A stretch of 64,000 nt of DNA from an uncultured Gammaproteobacteria bacterium (GTDB taxonomy: Bacteria > Pseudomonadota > Gammaproteobacteria > Steroidobacterales > Steroidobacteraceae). The stretch is taken from assembly GCA_963782845.1 (NCBI GenBank), contig CAWALM010000011.1, forward strand, positions 255 to 64,254, written 5' to 3'. Positions within the stretch are counted from its first letter, which is position 1; each line of letters opens with the position of its first letter. Below the pieces are notes generated by a model that was not told the DNA's origin, made no database searches, and worked only from the letters and a program-made list of their open reading frames with translations. Below, one piece after another: positions 54,325 through 62,521 of the stretch. The translations under genes and the position numbers were made by a program.

Positions 54325-54700
54325 AGATTGAGCGGCATTGATGTTGATGGCGGTACTTACAATTTCGACCGCGCGAATACGGGCGGCAGCGCGGATGGCG
54401 GGGAGCGAATCAAGACCGGCAGTGCGACCATGACCGATGCGAGTGAGAGCCTGCCCGACTGCCTCCGATCACCTTTCACTACAAGGCCGGTTCGAGCGGC
54501 ACAACGCAGCACGGTTCGATCGCCAAGGGAGTCGTAGTGCTATGCGCGAAAACTCGTGACCCAGGGTGCCTCGGGCAAGACCCAGGTTTTTCATCACGCA
54601 GAACTCACGCCGATACTGGTCAATGTGTTGCAAGAGGAGCGCGCCACAATCGCAACCCGGGTTCGAAAACATGCGGCGGACGCAAAGAACAAATGGGGCG
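54325..54700 (+). pseudogene. decayed fragment paralogous to the C-terminal part of the 55044..56480 gene
   Basis: GGTYNFDRANTGGSADGG-ERIKTGSATMTDASESL (ORF 54235..), then LPPITFHYKAGSSGTTQHGSIA in another frame, then GKTQVFHHAELTPILVNVLQEE (ORF 54556..). These match NGGNYNIDLANTGGSATES...SERFKTDIATMSDASDKLARLRPVTFHYKTDPNGVTQYGLIAEE...GKLQGVHYEELAPILLSEMQNQ. DNA identity is about 75-80% by eye over roughly 250 nt. Confidence 0.6.
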
Positions 54701-55043
54701 CATCAAACGTGGGACATGCAATTGCTGACAACTCGTCCGGGATCCACGGGGTAGTCGCCCGCAGCGGCTTGTTATGTAACATAAGATGAGACGTGTAAAC
54801 CCATTGTAACTTGGCCCGCACCCTGTGCGGTCCGTTGATCTGTTACCTTGACCAACTTTGACGAACCCGCGAGTGCCGGATTACGCGCGCTGCTCCGCCG
54901 TGAATGTCGTCGAGGTGTTGCAGCCTGGCGACGACTTCTCGTAACTGCCAAAATGGATTTAGAATCTGATCGCTGTCGATTGACAAGAATCGAGTCTCGA
55001 GCGTATTCGTGGACCACACCTCAGCTCAAAGGGAGAGTTAACA

Positions 55044-56480
55044 ATGAAACATTCGGCCAAGGGTTACTCGGTGTGGGTGTGTCTGATCTCGGCGATGGCA
55101 ACCCCGGCGCTGGGTCAACAGCCACCAGACCCTGTGCAAAGCGACTCCCTGGCTAACACCGCGATCGGCACCAACGCGCTGCTCAACGTCAATCTCGAAG
55201 AATCCGGGTGTCATAACACCGCGTCAGGTCAGGACGCACTGTATTCAGATACGAGCGGCAGCTACAACACCGCGACCGGGTTCAGCTCGCTCTACTCGAA
55301 CACGACGGGCAACAACAACACCGCGGTCGGGTACGAATCGCTGTATGCCAACTCGACCGGCAGTAACAATACGGCGAGCGGCTACCAGTCTCTGTATCGG
55401 AATACCACCGGGGGCGATAACACCGCGAGCGGCTACCAAGCCCTGTCGTCAAACACAACCGGCAACGAGAACACCGCAGCGGGTAATCAGGCGCTGTTCG
55501 CCAACACGACGGGCAATTATAACGCGGCGACCGGGGGTAAAGCGCTCTACTCCAATGTCGGCGGCACCGGCAACGAAGGCAGCTTCAACACGGCGAACGG
55601 CTATCAGGCGCTCTATTCAAATACCGTCGGCTACAACAACACAGGCTTTGGGTTCAATACCCTGTACTTCAATACCAGCGGCTACGGCAACGCCGCGCAA
55701 GGTGCGTATGCGCTTCAGGCCAATACGACGGGTAACCACAATACTGCGCTCGGCAACCAGGCGCTACTGATCAACACCACGGGTGGCAACAATCTCGCCC
55801 TGGGATTTCAGGCGGGATCGACCATTAACGGCGGCAACTACAACATCGACCTCGCGAACACCGGCGGCAGCGCGACGGAGAGCAACACCATCCGCATCGG
55901 CGCGCAGGCGAGCTCGCCGGGACAAGCCGGCACTCAGTCGACCACATATATTGCAGGCATCTACGGCACGCTGGTGACGGGCAGCGCGGTCTATGTGACC
56001 AGCTCGGGGCAGCTCGGAGTGCAGGGCTCGTCGGAGCGCTTCAAGACCGACATTGCGACCATGTCCGACGCGAGTGATAAGCTCGCGCGACTGCGTCCGG
56101 TCACCTTTCACTACAAGACCGATCCGAACGGCGTAACGCAGTACGGCTTGATCGCCGAGGAAGTCGCCACGGTGTATCCAGAGCTCGTGATCCGGGACGA
56201 CTCGGGAAAGCTCCAGGGCGTCCATTACGAAGAACTCGCGCCGATACTCCTAAGTGAAATGCAAAATCAAGGTCAGAGATTGACTGCCCAGGAGGCGATC
56301 ATTGGCACGCAGGCTAACGAGATTGCCGAGCTCAAGGCCGAGGTTTCGAAGAGTGATTTGCAGGCGCTGGAAATCCGAAAGCTCGAACAGGAAGTAACGG
56401 AACTACGGGACCTCAAGCTTGAGCTGGATGCAGCACTTCGCCAGCAACAATCAACGGGTACCATCGTCGCCCGTCGCTGA
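55044..56480 (+). CDS. secreted tail-fibre-like repeat protein with a C-terminal peptidase S74 (intramolecular chaperone auto-processing) domain and coiled-coil tail
   Basis: 478 aa. AAAGGGAGAG RBS and signal peptide ...AMATPALG-QQ. About 13 copies of a 17-residue unit NTAxGxxALxxNTxGxx span aa 41-266. GSSERFKTDI ... LRPVTFHYK ... YGLIAEEV ... PELV ... GVHYEEL matches the S74 pattern. The last 70 aa are heptad-like. Confidence 0.8.
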   Translation: MKHSAKGYSVWVCLISAMATPALGQQPPDPVQSDSLANTAIGTNALLNVNLEESGCHNTASGQDALYSDTSGSYNTATGFSSLYSNTTGNNNTAVGYESLYANSTGSNNTASGYQSLYRNTTGGDNTASGYQALSSNTTGNENTAAGNQALFANTTGNYNAATGGKALYSNVGGTGNEGSFNTANGYQALYSNTVGYNNTGFGFNTLYFNTSGYGNAAQGAYALQANTTGNHNTALGNQALLINTTGGNNLALGFQAGSTINGGNYNIDLANTGGSATESNTIRIGAQASSPGQAGTQSTTYIAGIYGTLVTGSAVYVTSSGQLGVQGSSERFKTDIATMSDASDKLARLRPVTFHYKTDPNGVTQYGLIAEEVATVYPELVIRDDSGKLQGVHYEELAPILLSEMQNQGQRLTAQEAIIGTQANEIAELKAEVSKSDLQALEIRKLEQEVTELRDLKLELDAALRQQQSTGTIVARR

Positions 56481-56498
56481 GTATCCTCACCCTAACAT

Positions 56499-56520
56499 GC
56501 CGCCCTCCTTGAGGGGCGGT
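56499..56520 (+). terminator. GC-rich hairpin 19 nt after the stop of the tail-fibre-like gene
   Basis: GCCGCCCTC-CTT-GAGGGGCGGT (one bulged G), followed by TCCCTGTTCTG. The T-tract is weak. Confidence 0.35.
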
Positions 56521-56582
56521 CCCTGTTCTGCAGTCCTCGACTAAGCTGCGCAGCGGCCTGTGCCGCGCAGGCCGTAGATAAT

Positions 56583-56631
56583 TGGTCGGGGCGACAAGAT
56601 TCGAACTTGCGACCCCTTGCACCCCATGCAA
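56583..56631 (-). other. 49-nt 3' fragment of tRNA-Pro(GGG), from the anticodon stem to CCA; att-type junction of the integrated element
   Basis: The minus strand reads TTGCATGGGGTGCAAGGGGTCGCAAGTTCGAATCTTGTCGCCCCGACCA. This gives anticodon loop AUGGGGU, T-arm GCAAG-TTCGAAT-CTTGT, acceptor 3' strand CGCCCCG and ACCA. No matching 5' acceptor strand (CGGGGCG) or D-arm lies upstream, so it is not an intact tRNA. Confidence 0.7.
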
Positions 56632-56648
56632 TTTCATGCTCCGAAGTC

Positions 56649-56743
56649 TGCCGCACTCTTCCGCACTTCCACCCTATCATAAGTCACTGATATACCGCAG
56701 TAAGTTGCCGCACTTCCATGCTCTGCTGAAGCAGAGTGCGGCA
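56649..56743. repeat. TGCCGCAC(T) motif, 3 direct copies and 1 inverted, between the att core and the integrase gene
   Basis: Read directly: 56649-56657 TGCCGCACT, 56661-56670 CCGCACTTCC, 56706-56717 TGCCGCACTTCC, inverted AGTGCGGCA at 56735-56743. A perfect palindrome CTCTGC-TGAA-GCAGAG lies at 56721-56736. A further 8-bp inverted repeat CTGTACCT/AGGTACAG lies at 56763-56787. Confidence 0.5.
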
Positions 56744-56826
56744 GAGCCCAGAAGCGTATAAACTGTACCTTGTTTTATCAGGTACAGCTGCTAGCGCACT
56801 TTTGCGCTTTAGCAAGGGGTCGCGAA

Positions 56827-58139
56827 ATGAGCCGAAAAATATGGACCGAGACGTGGCTTAAGAGCCTGGCGAAGAAGCCGCCGCAGCATCGGCGGGACTA
56901 CACCGAACAGGGTCGCAAGGGGCTGATGCTGCGCCACCACCCAGGCGGCGCCCTCACCTTCCTGGTGCGCTATCACCGCGGCAGCGGGGATGAGCAGGTT
57001 CAGATCCTGGTGACGATCGGCAACTTTCCGGAGATGGAGCCTCGAGCAGGCGCACAAGGCTCACGCCAAAATCCGTGAAAACTGGCAGCCGGACTCGACC
57101 CCGCCGAGGAACTCGACCGCGAGAAACGCGCGCGCCAGGCTGCAAGCGAACGGCGCCGTACCGACGATGCAGTGACCACCCGTAACGTGATCGCGGAGTG
57201 GGGATGGCACTATGCACGGCCGCACCGTAAGCGCCCGCGCGAGGCGCTGCGGCTGCTCAAGGTCTATGTAGCGCAGCCGTGGAAGGGCCGCCCGGTGTGC
57301 GATCTGGTGAAGCGCGACGCGGTGCTATTGATCGACCGCATCACGGCGCGCGGCAGTCTCGTGATGGCGAACCGCATCCGGGACCTCGCAAACCAAGCAT
57401 TTAGTTTCGCCATCGAACGCGATTTGATCGAAACCAATCCGTTCGCCGGCATCAAGAAGCCCGGCGGCAAGGAAGAAGCCAAGGAGCGCGCGCTCAACGC
57501 CGATGAGCTGCGCACCTTCTGGCAGGCGCTCGAGGCGCCCAAGACCAAGATGTCGGAAATCGTGCGCTCTGCGCTGCGGCTGATATTGAGCGACCGCCCA
57601 GCGACCCGGCGAAGTCATCGGGGCGCGTTGGGATGAATTCGACCTGGCCGCCGAGTCGCTCGCGTGGCGCATTCCTGCCGAGCGATCCAAGAACGGCAAA
57701 GCGCACGAGGTGCCGGTGTCGGACCTCGCCGCCGAGATCCTCGAGCAGATGCGTGAGCAGGCCGGCGACGATCGCCCCTGCATCGCACCGAGCCACATGT
57801 CCAAGCGCGCCGCCAAAGAGCCGCTGAGTTACCGCGCCCTCTCCCGCGCTCTGCGCAACAACCATGACAAAGACGGCAAGCTGTTCGGGCTGCCCGCGTT
57901 CACGCCGCATGATTTGCGCCGCTCGGCCGCAACACAGATGACGCTGCTCGGTATCCCGCGCTTGCACGTCGCCAAAGGTGCTGGGGCACGCCGACGACTC
58001 GATCACCAGCGTTTACGACCGCTCGAGTTATTCAGCCGAGAAGCGCGTCGCCCTGCAGCGCTGGGCCGATCAGCTGCGCGCCATCGTCGCCGGCAAGGAC
58101 CGCAAGGTCGTGCCGATCGCGAAGGAGCTGCGCGCGTGA
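56827..58139 (+). pseudogene. int: P4-type (DUF4102 N-terminus) tyrosine integrase with four apparent frameshifts (about 57037, 57080, 57591, 57977)
   Basis: Pieces in four frames: MSRKIWTETWLKSL...LVTIGNFPEM / SLEQAHKAHAKIRE / LAAGLDPAEELDREK...SALRLIL / TAQRPGEVIGARWDEF...FTPHDLRRSAATQM...HVAK / VLGHADDSITSVYDRSSY...ELRA*. The catalytic R, HxxR, H and Y blocks are all present. Confidence 0.85.
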
Positions 58140-58176
58140 CGGCATACCGCGAGCGGCTCGCCGCAGTGGCGATGCT

Positions 58177-58569
58177 GTGAGTGCGCCCAAGAAAAAGCGC
58201 GGTGGCCGTATCCCGTTCGTTGCAATCGCGGCCGATCCAGGTTTCCAGCGCAATGCCCGCAGGGCGCTGGAACACCCGGAGACGCTACGGCCTGGGTTGA
58301 GAGAGGTGCTCGAGCGCTACCTGACCAACCCGCTAAAGGCTGCCGCCGAGGACGCGCAGCCCCTGCTCGATCACTGGATTCTGAGCCGGCAAAGACGCCC
58401 CGAGAGCGCCGTGAGGGCGCACATCCGCGCCCTCACGGCCGCCCATCCGAAAGCCAAGCCGGCCGCGCTCTACGAACTGCGCGATCAATCAATCATCAAG
58501 TCGATGTCGAAGGAAGCCTTCCGCAACGCCGTTGCGGCTATTCGTCGAGAGAGTATTTCGCACCGTTAG
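58177..58569 (+). CDS. hypothetical protein (GTG start)
   Basis: 130-aa ORF with ordinary composition directly after the integrase. No motif recognised. Confidence 0.4.
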   Translation: MSAPKKKRGGRIPFVAIAADPGFQRNARRALEHPETLRPGLREVLERYLTNPLKAAAEDAQPLLDHWILSRQRRPESAVRAHIRALTAAHPKAKPAALYELRDQSIIKSMSKEAFRNAVAAIRRESISHR

Positions 58570-58654
58570 CCCTAACGATGTGGCCGCGCTTGCGGACAGC
58601 CACCTCGCTGCGCCTCATCCTTCTCTGCAGTAATCAGCAGCGGAGGATTTCACC

Positions 58655-58876
58655 ATGGCATTGGAGATGCGCCTCAAAACCAGCGAGGTCGCGCGGCTCG
58701 AGGGTATTTCGAGCTGAACCATTTACGAGAAAGAAAAGAACGGGGATTTTCCGCCCCCGGATGAGCCCGCGGCGCATCACGGCGCCCCCGCATTCTGGTT
58801 CGAAAGCACGATTCGTAAACACCGCGAACAGCGCCAGGCGCGCGCGGCTCAGCGTGGCGAGCCGGCTGCCGCGTGA
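58655..58876 (+). pseudogene. AlpA-family (phage excisionase/regulator-like) HTH gene with an in-frame TGA at 58715-58717
   Basis: GGAGGA lies 7 nt before ATG 58655. Translation: MALEMRLKTSEVARLEGISS*TIYEKEKNGDFPPPDEPAAHHGAPAFWFESTIRKHREQ... This matches the AlpA pattern L-x-x-x-EV-x-x-x-x-G-x-S-R-S-T-I-Y-x-x-x-x-x-G-x-FP-x-P ... W. The stop occupies the position of the second Ser. Confidence 0.65.
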
Positions 58877-59395
58877 TTTTCCTTATCCCTCAAAAGGCGA
58901 AGGTGGCTAACCCCGGCAAGGGCGCGACCTTCTTGTGCAACAGCAGGAACTCAACGCATGCCTATCGTACCGCCCAAATCAATAGAAAGCACCTATCTCG
59001 ATGAAGCTCCGCCCGCGCCCGCCTGATCAGCGATCAATCCGCCGGGGCGCTCGTGAGCGCGAAGATTCTCCGGTTCACGGGACACTTCCGCCCGCTGCCC
59101 GAACCGTGTCCCGTCAAGGCGGACGGCTCGAAATGGCGCCACGGCGAAATCGCTCCTGGATACGGCCGATATGCCCGGAGCCGCGACATTTTTTGCTCGT
59201 GCGATGCCGATCGCAAATCGGTGTGCGATTTTGATCTGGGCATACTTTTCGATGGAGTGCCGATTCCACACGGGCACGCACTGCCGGGTGGCCGGTATTG
59301 TCAGCGCACGCGGAAACTTTGCGAGTGCGATCCCCGACGTTCAAGCTTTGCACGGCGATGCTGCCAAAGCCGCGCAAAAAATCGGTGCGACGCTG

Positions 59396-60392
59396 ATGGC
59401 GACGCTGCTCGTATCGATCACTAATCGCGGTTTCCTCGATGCCGCGTTCGAGCACATGGTGCCCGGCGAGTACGCAGCCATCACGTCATTCGCAGACGAT
59501 CCGCTGACTGTTGCGCGCTACGCCTGGGCTGCGCGGCCGTGGCGACGTGGCATGCCCGTGCCGGGCTCGATCATGGGCAGGCCGCAGAACGTCTACGCCG
59601 CAGTCTCGAGCTTTCGGGCCGCCGCAGATGGCACGTTTCATCGACGCAAGGACGATTTCGGCCAAATGCACGTCGTGATGGTCGATGACGTATTCGAGAA
59701 AGTCGATCGCAAAAAACTCAAGCTCCCGCCGTCCGCGATGATCCAAACGAGCCCGCCGAGCGCGCAGGCTTATTATTTTTTAGCGCCGACTGCCGAAACC
59801 GCGACCGCAGCATGTGCGAGAGGCTCGTCGATGCAATGGTGCGCTCGGGGCTTACGAGCAGCGGCGCACGATCCCGGTATGCGGGGCGTGACGCGGTACG
59901 GCCGACTGCCGGTAGCGGTCAACAGCAAAGGGAAGTACGTCAAGCAGCTCGGCCAGCCGTTCGCCTGCCGCTTGACGCTGTGGCATCCCGAGCGCCGCTA
60001 CACGATCGCCGAGATTGCCAAGGCATTCCGCCTCGATCTCACGTCCGCCGCGGCGCGTCCGCGGCCCGGCGCCTACACACCGAACACGCGCGAGCCGGTG
60101 CCGGTCACACTACGGCGCGGCGAGGCTACGCGACGCGTCAATGATTTTGAAGCAATGCTCAAGACGCTAAGCGCCGCCGGCCTGTATGTTCAGCGCGCGG
60201 CCCTTGGTATGAAATTGTCTGCCCCTGGGTCGCGGAGCACAGCGACCAGAAAGCCGGCGGTAGCGCGCTGTATGTTCCGCCGAAAGTAACGCATGGCTCG
60301 GCGGATTGAAATGCTGGCACGGCCATTGCGAGCACCGCACGGTCGGCGACGTGTATCGCTTTGCGCACTCGCTCGCGCGAGGTGCCGCATGA
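59396..60392 (+). pseudogene. island-type DNA primase (primase-polymerase-like core plus Cys/His zinc-binding C-terminus) with at least four apparent frameshifts; start uncertain
   Basis: Pieces: TNRGFLDAAFEH...NVYAAVSSFR...RRKDDFGQMHVVMVDDV...QTSPPSAQAYYFL / MCERLVDAMVRSGLTSSG / HDPGMRGVTRYGRLPVAVNSK... / PWYEIVCPWVAEHSDQKAGGSALYV / GLKCWHGHCEHRTVGDVY. The CPW...EHS...KC-H-HC pattern resembles primase zinc ribbons. Confidence 0.6.
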
Positions 60393-61597
60393 GCGCCGCG
60401 CCGAGTCTCGAGGACGTCAAGAAGGTCGCGGCTGCGGCCGATGCCGCGAATCGAACCGACTTCTTACGCGGACCGAAGACCGCGCGGCCCGAGCATGACG
60501 AATTGCTCGGCGTGCCTTATGTGGCGCCGATGATCGTCGCCGGGTATCTGCCACAGGATGCGGGCGGCGACGTGGCCCCTGGCGGCACGGGCAAATCGAC
60601 GCTGCTGATTGATGAGGCCGTGCACATCATTCTCGGTCGGCCGCTTTATGGCCGGCCGATCGTGCGCGCGGGCGCGGCGCTATTCATCACTGCCGAAGAC
60701 CGGCGCGAAATGGTACTCGGTCGGCTCAATGAGATTTGCCGAGCGCTCGAGCTGACGAAAAAGGACTACGAAAAGGTTCGCAATAACTTTTTTGTTGAGG
60801 ACGTTTCGGCGTGTCCCGCCAAGCTAGTCGCAACGGATCGCTACGGCGCGCAAGCGACAGCGTTCGTCGATGAGATCGTAGAGAAGTACAAAGACGCGAA
60901 GCTGGCCGTCGCGATCCTCGATCCAACGTCACTGCTCGGTCCCGGCGAGCTGTCCGGCAATGACGGCATGGCGGAATTGATGCGTACCGCCCGCATGCTA
61001 TCGCAGCAGCTCGGCGCCGCCGTGCGCTCAGTTCACCACGTCGCCCAGGCCGTGGCGCGCGGCAAAATTCGCGATCAATACGCGGGGCGCGGCGGCACGG
61101 CGTTCGCTGACAACTCGCGCGGGCAGCGTCAGATCAGCGTACAGATGGAGCGCCAATTCGAGCACGAGGGCAGCAAGTACATTCTGCCGGCCGAAGTGAC
61201 CGAAGCGGATTTGGCGTGCGGCCGGGTGCTCGCGATCTTCGTTCACAAGCTCAGTATTCGGAGCGCGACTCGATGCCGATCATTTTGATTCGGCATCACT
61301 TCGTTTACCGGCACATTCCGATCGAACGCGTTGACAAGTCGCCGCTCGCCGAGGCTGCGCGGCGGGAGGACGAACTGATCCGCCTGACGGATTTCATCAC
61401 GAAGCAATGCGCGGTCGGCGTGCACATCACACGCAAGGCGCTGGAAGGCTACGCCGCGCAGCTCGGCATGTCGCGCGATGATCTTCGGGACCGCTGCGTC
61501 ACCGCGTTGAAATTGGGCAACCTTGTCGAGCTGCCGCTACCGGCCGGCGAGCGGCGCACCCGGCGCACCAAATACCTTGCGCCATACACGGCCGAAG
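60389..61597 (+). pseudogene. RepA-like RecA-fold ATPase (AAA_25-type) with one apparent frameshift near 61253; 3' end uncertain
   Basis: ATG 60389 overlaps the primase stop (ATGA). Walker A APGGTGKSTLL and Walker B LAVAILDP are present. After FVHKL the frame changes to YSERDSMPIILIRHHF...HITRKALEGYAAQLGMSRDDL (winged-helix-like). That frame stays open to 62058, but the last 450 nt are repeat-rich and lower in GC. Confidence 0.6.
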
Positions 61598-61599
61598 CT

Positions 61600-61778
61600 A
61601 ATCGCGCGAATCGCGCGGAATCGCGCGGAACCGTGCCGCGCGATTCAAATCACCCGGACGAACCGGCCGCCCGCCAATCGGGCGGCGGCGGGACGTCTAT
61701 AGGCCGCGCGATTCAAAATCGACAAAAAGGGGGCCACGAGGACGGTACAGAGAAAGGTAATCGCGCGGAATCGCGCGG
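61600..61778. repeat. iteron-like array: AATCGCGCG(G) x5 direct and CCGCGCGATT x2 inverted
   Basis: Read directly. Direct copies at 61600, 61609, 61619, 61759 and 61769. Inverted copies at 61636-61645 and 61704-61713. Confidence 0.65.
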
Positions 61779-62050
61779 CGGAAAACGGCCTCGAAAAAGC
61801 GCCTCAATGGGCAGGCAGTTGACCGTGAGTAGTCGTCGCGTGCACGCGCCAAAGCCGGCGCTCCGTGTAGGGAGCAGCGCTGCGTTATTGAAATCTGAGC
61901 TGCGTCCCTTGCGTCGCATGCAAGTGGTTTCGATTGCTAATGTCTTGTTACATCAGCTGCTTACGTTCACACTGCGTGGCGTGATGTCGTGCAAGGTACA
62001 ATTTTGGTACAGTGACGCGAGATGCGAACTATCACCGAGATGCGCCGCTA

Positions 62051-62433
62051 ATGGCTAAGGGTTCCACCAAGATCATGGCAACAATACCCGACAAGTACAG
62101 CCCGGACTTCGCCGATCGGCTAGACCGGCGCACCTAGATCGCAAAGGCGATCATCGGGCGTATCGAGACCATCGAGACCGACATGGAGGGGCCGACGCGC
62201 TGAGCCATGCCCGCCGCAGTCTCGTGCGGCGCGTCGTGTGGCTCGAGGCGATCATCGAGCACTCCGAGCAACGGCTCGCAACGGGCAAAGGGATCGACCT
62301 GGGTGGCCATACGCAGGCGATCAATTCGCTGCTCGGCTTGTACCGGTTGCTTGGTCTTGAACGGCGCGCCCGCCCTGTGGAGAGCCTACGCGACGGATGC
62401 GGGCCGATGAACCCGAGCTTGCCGCCGCTGTAG
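62051..62433 (+). pseudogene. small phage protein upstream of the terminase (possible small terminase subunit) with an in-frame TAG at 62135-62137 and a frameshift near 62190
   Basis: MAKGSTKIMATIPDKYSPDFADRLDRRT*IAKAIIGRIETIETDMEG, then in another frame ADALSHARRSLVRRVVWLEAIIEHSEQRLATGKGIDLGGHTQAINSLLGLYRLLGLERRA. The function is inferred only from position and size. Confidence 0.4.
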
Positions 62434-62521
62434 AGGCTTCAGGCGACGAGCTGCGCGAGGCCGATGAGTTGCCCTGCTCCGAAGAGATCGCCGCAGAGGC
62501 GCCCAGCGCGGGGGCTGTAGC

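Noticed and set aside
54980-55009. Sigma-70 promoter for the tail-fibre-like gene (TTGACA-N18-TATTCG)
   Set aside because: The -35 hexamer is perfect, but the -10 matches only 3 of 6 positions and the spacer is 18 nt. It is plausible but not strong enough to list as a feature without a transcription start site.
56583-56660. Possible complete tRNA-Pro gene
   Set aside because: Only positions from the anticodon stem to CCA are present. The 27 nt upstream on the coding strand (GAGTGCGGCAGACTTCGGAGCATGAAA) contain neither the CGGGGCG acceptor strand nor a D-arm. It was therefore called an att-type fragment, not a tRNA.
58715-58717. UGA in the AlpA-like gene as selenocysteine or programmed recoding
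   Set aside because: I see no SECIS-like stem-loop immediately downstream, and no biological rationale for Sec at a conserved Ser of an HTH. The element carries many other lesions, so a plain nonsense mutation or base error is the more economical reading.
58578-58910. 110-aa ORF spanning the AlpA region
   Set aside because: It is in a different frame from the RBS-preceded AlpA-like reading frame. Its translation (…RCASKPARSRGSRVF…) has no family resemblance.
61600-61778. Short repeat array considered as a CRISPR
   Set aside because: The units are only 10 bp. Several are directly abutting without spacers, two are inverted, and there are no cas genes. This is inconsistent with CRISPR and fits iterons better.
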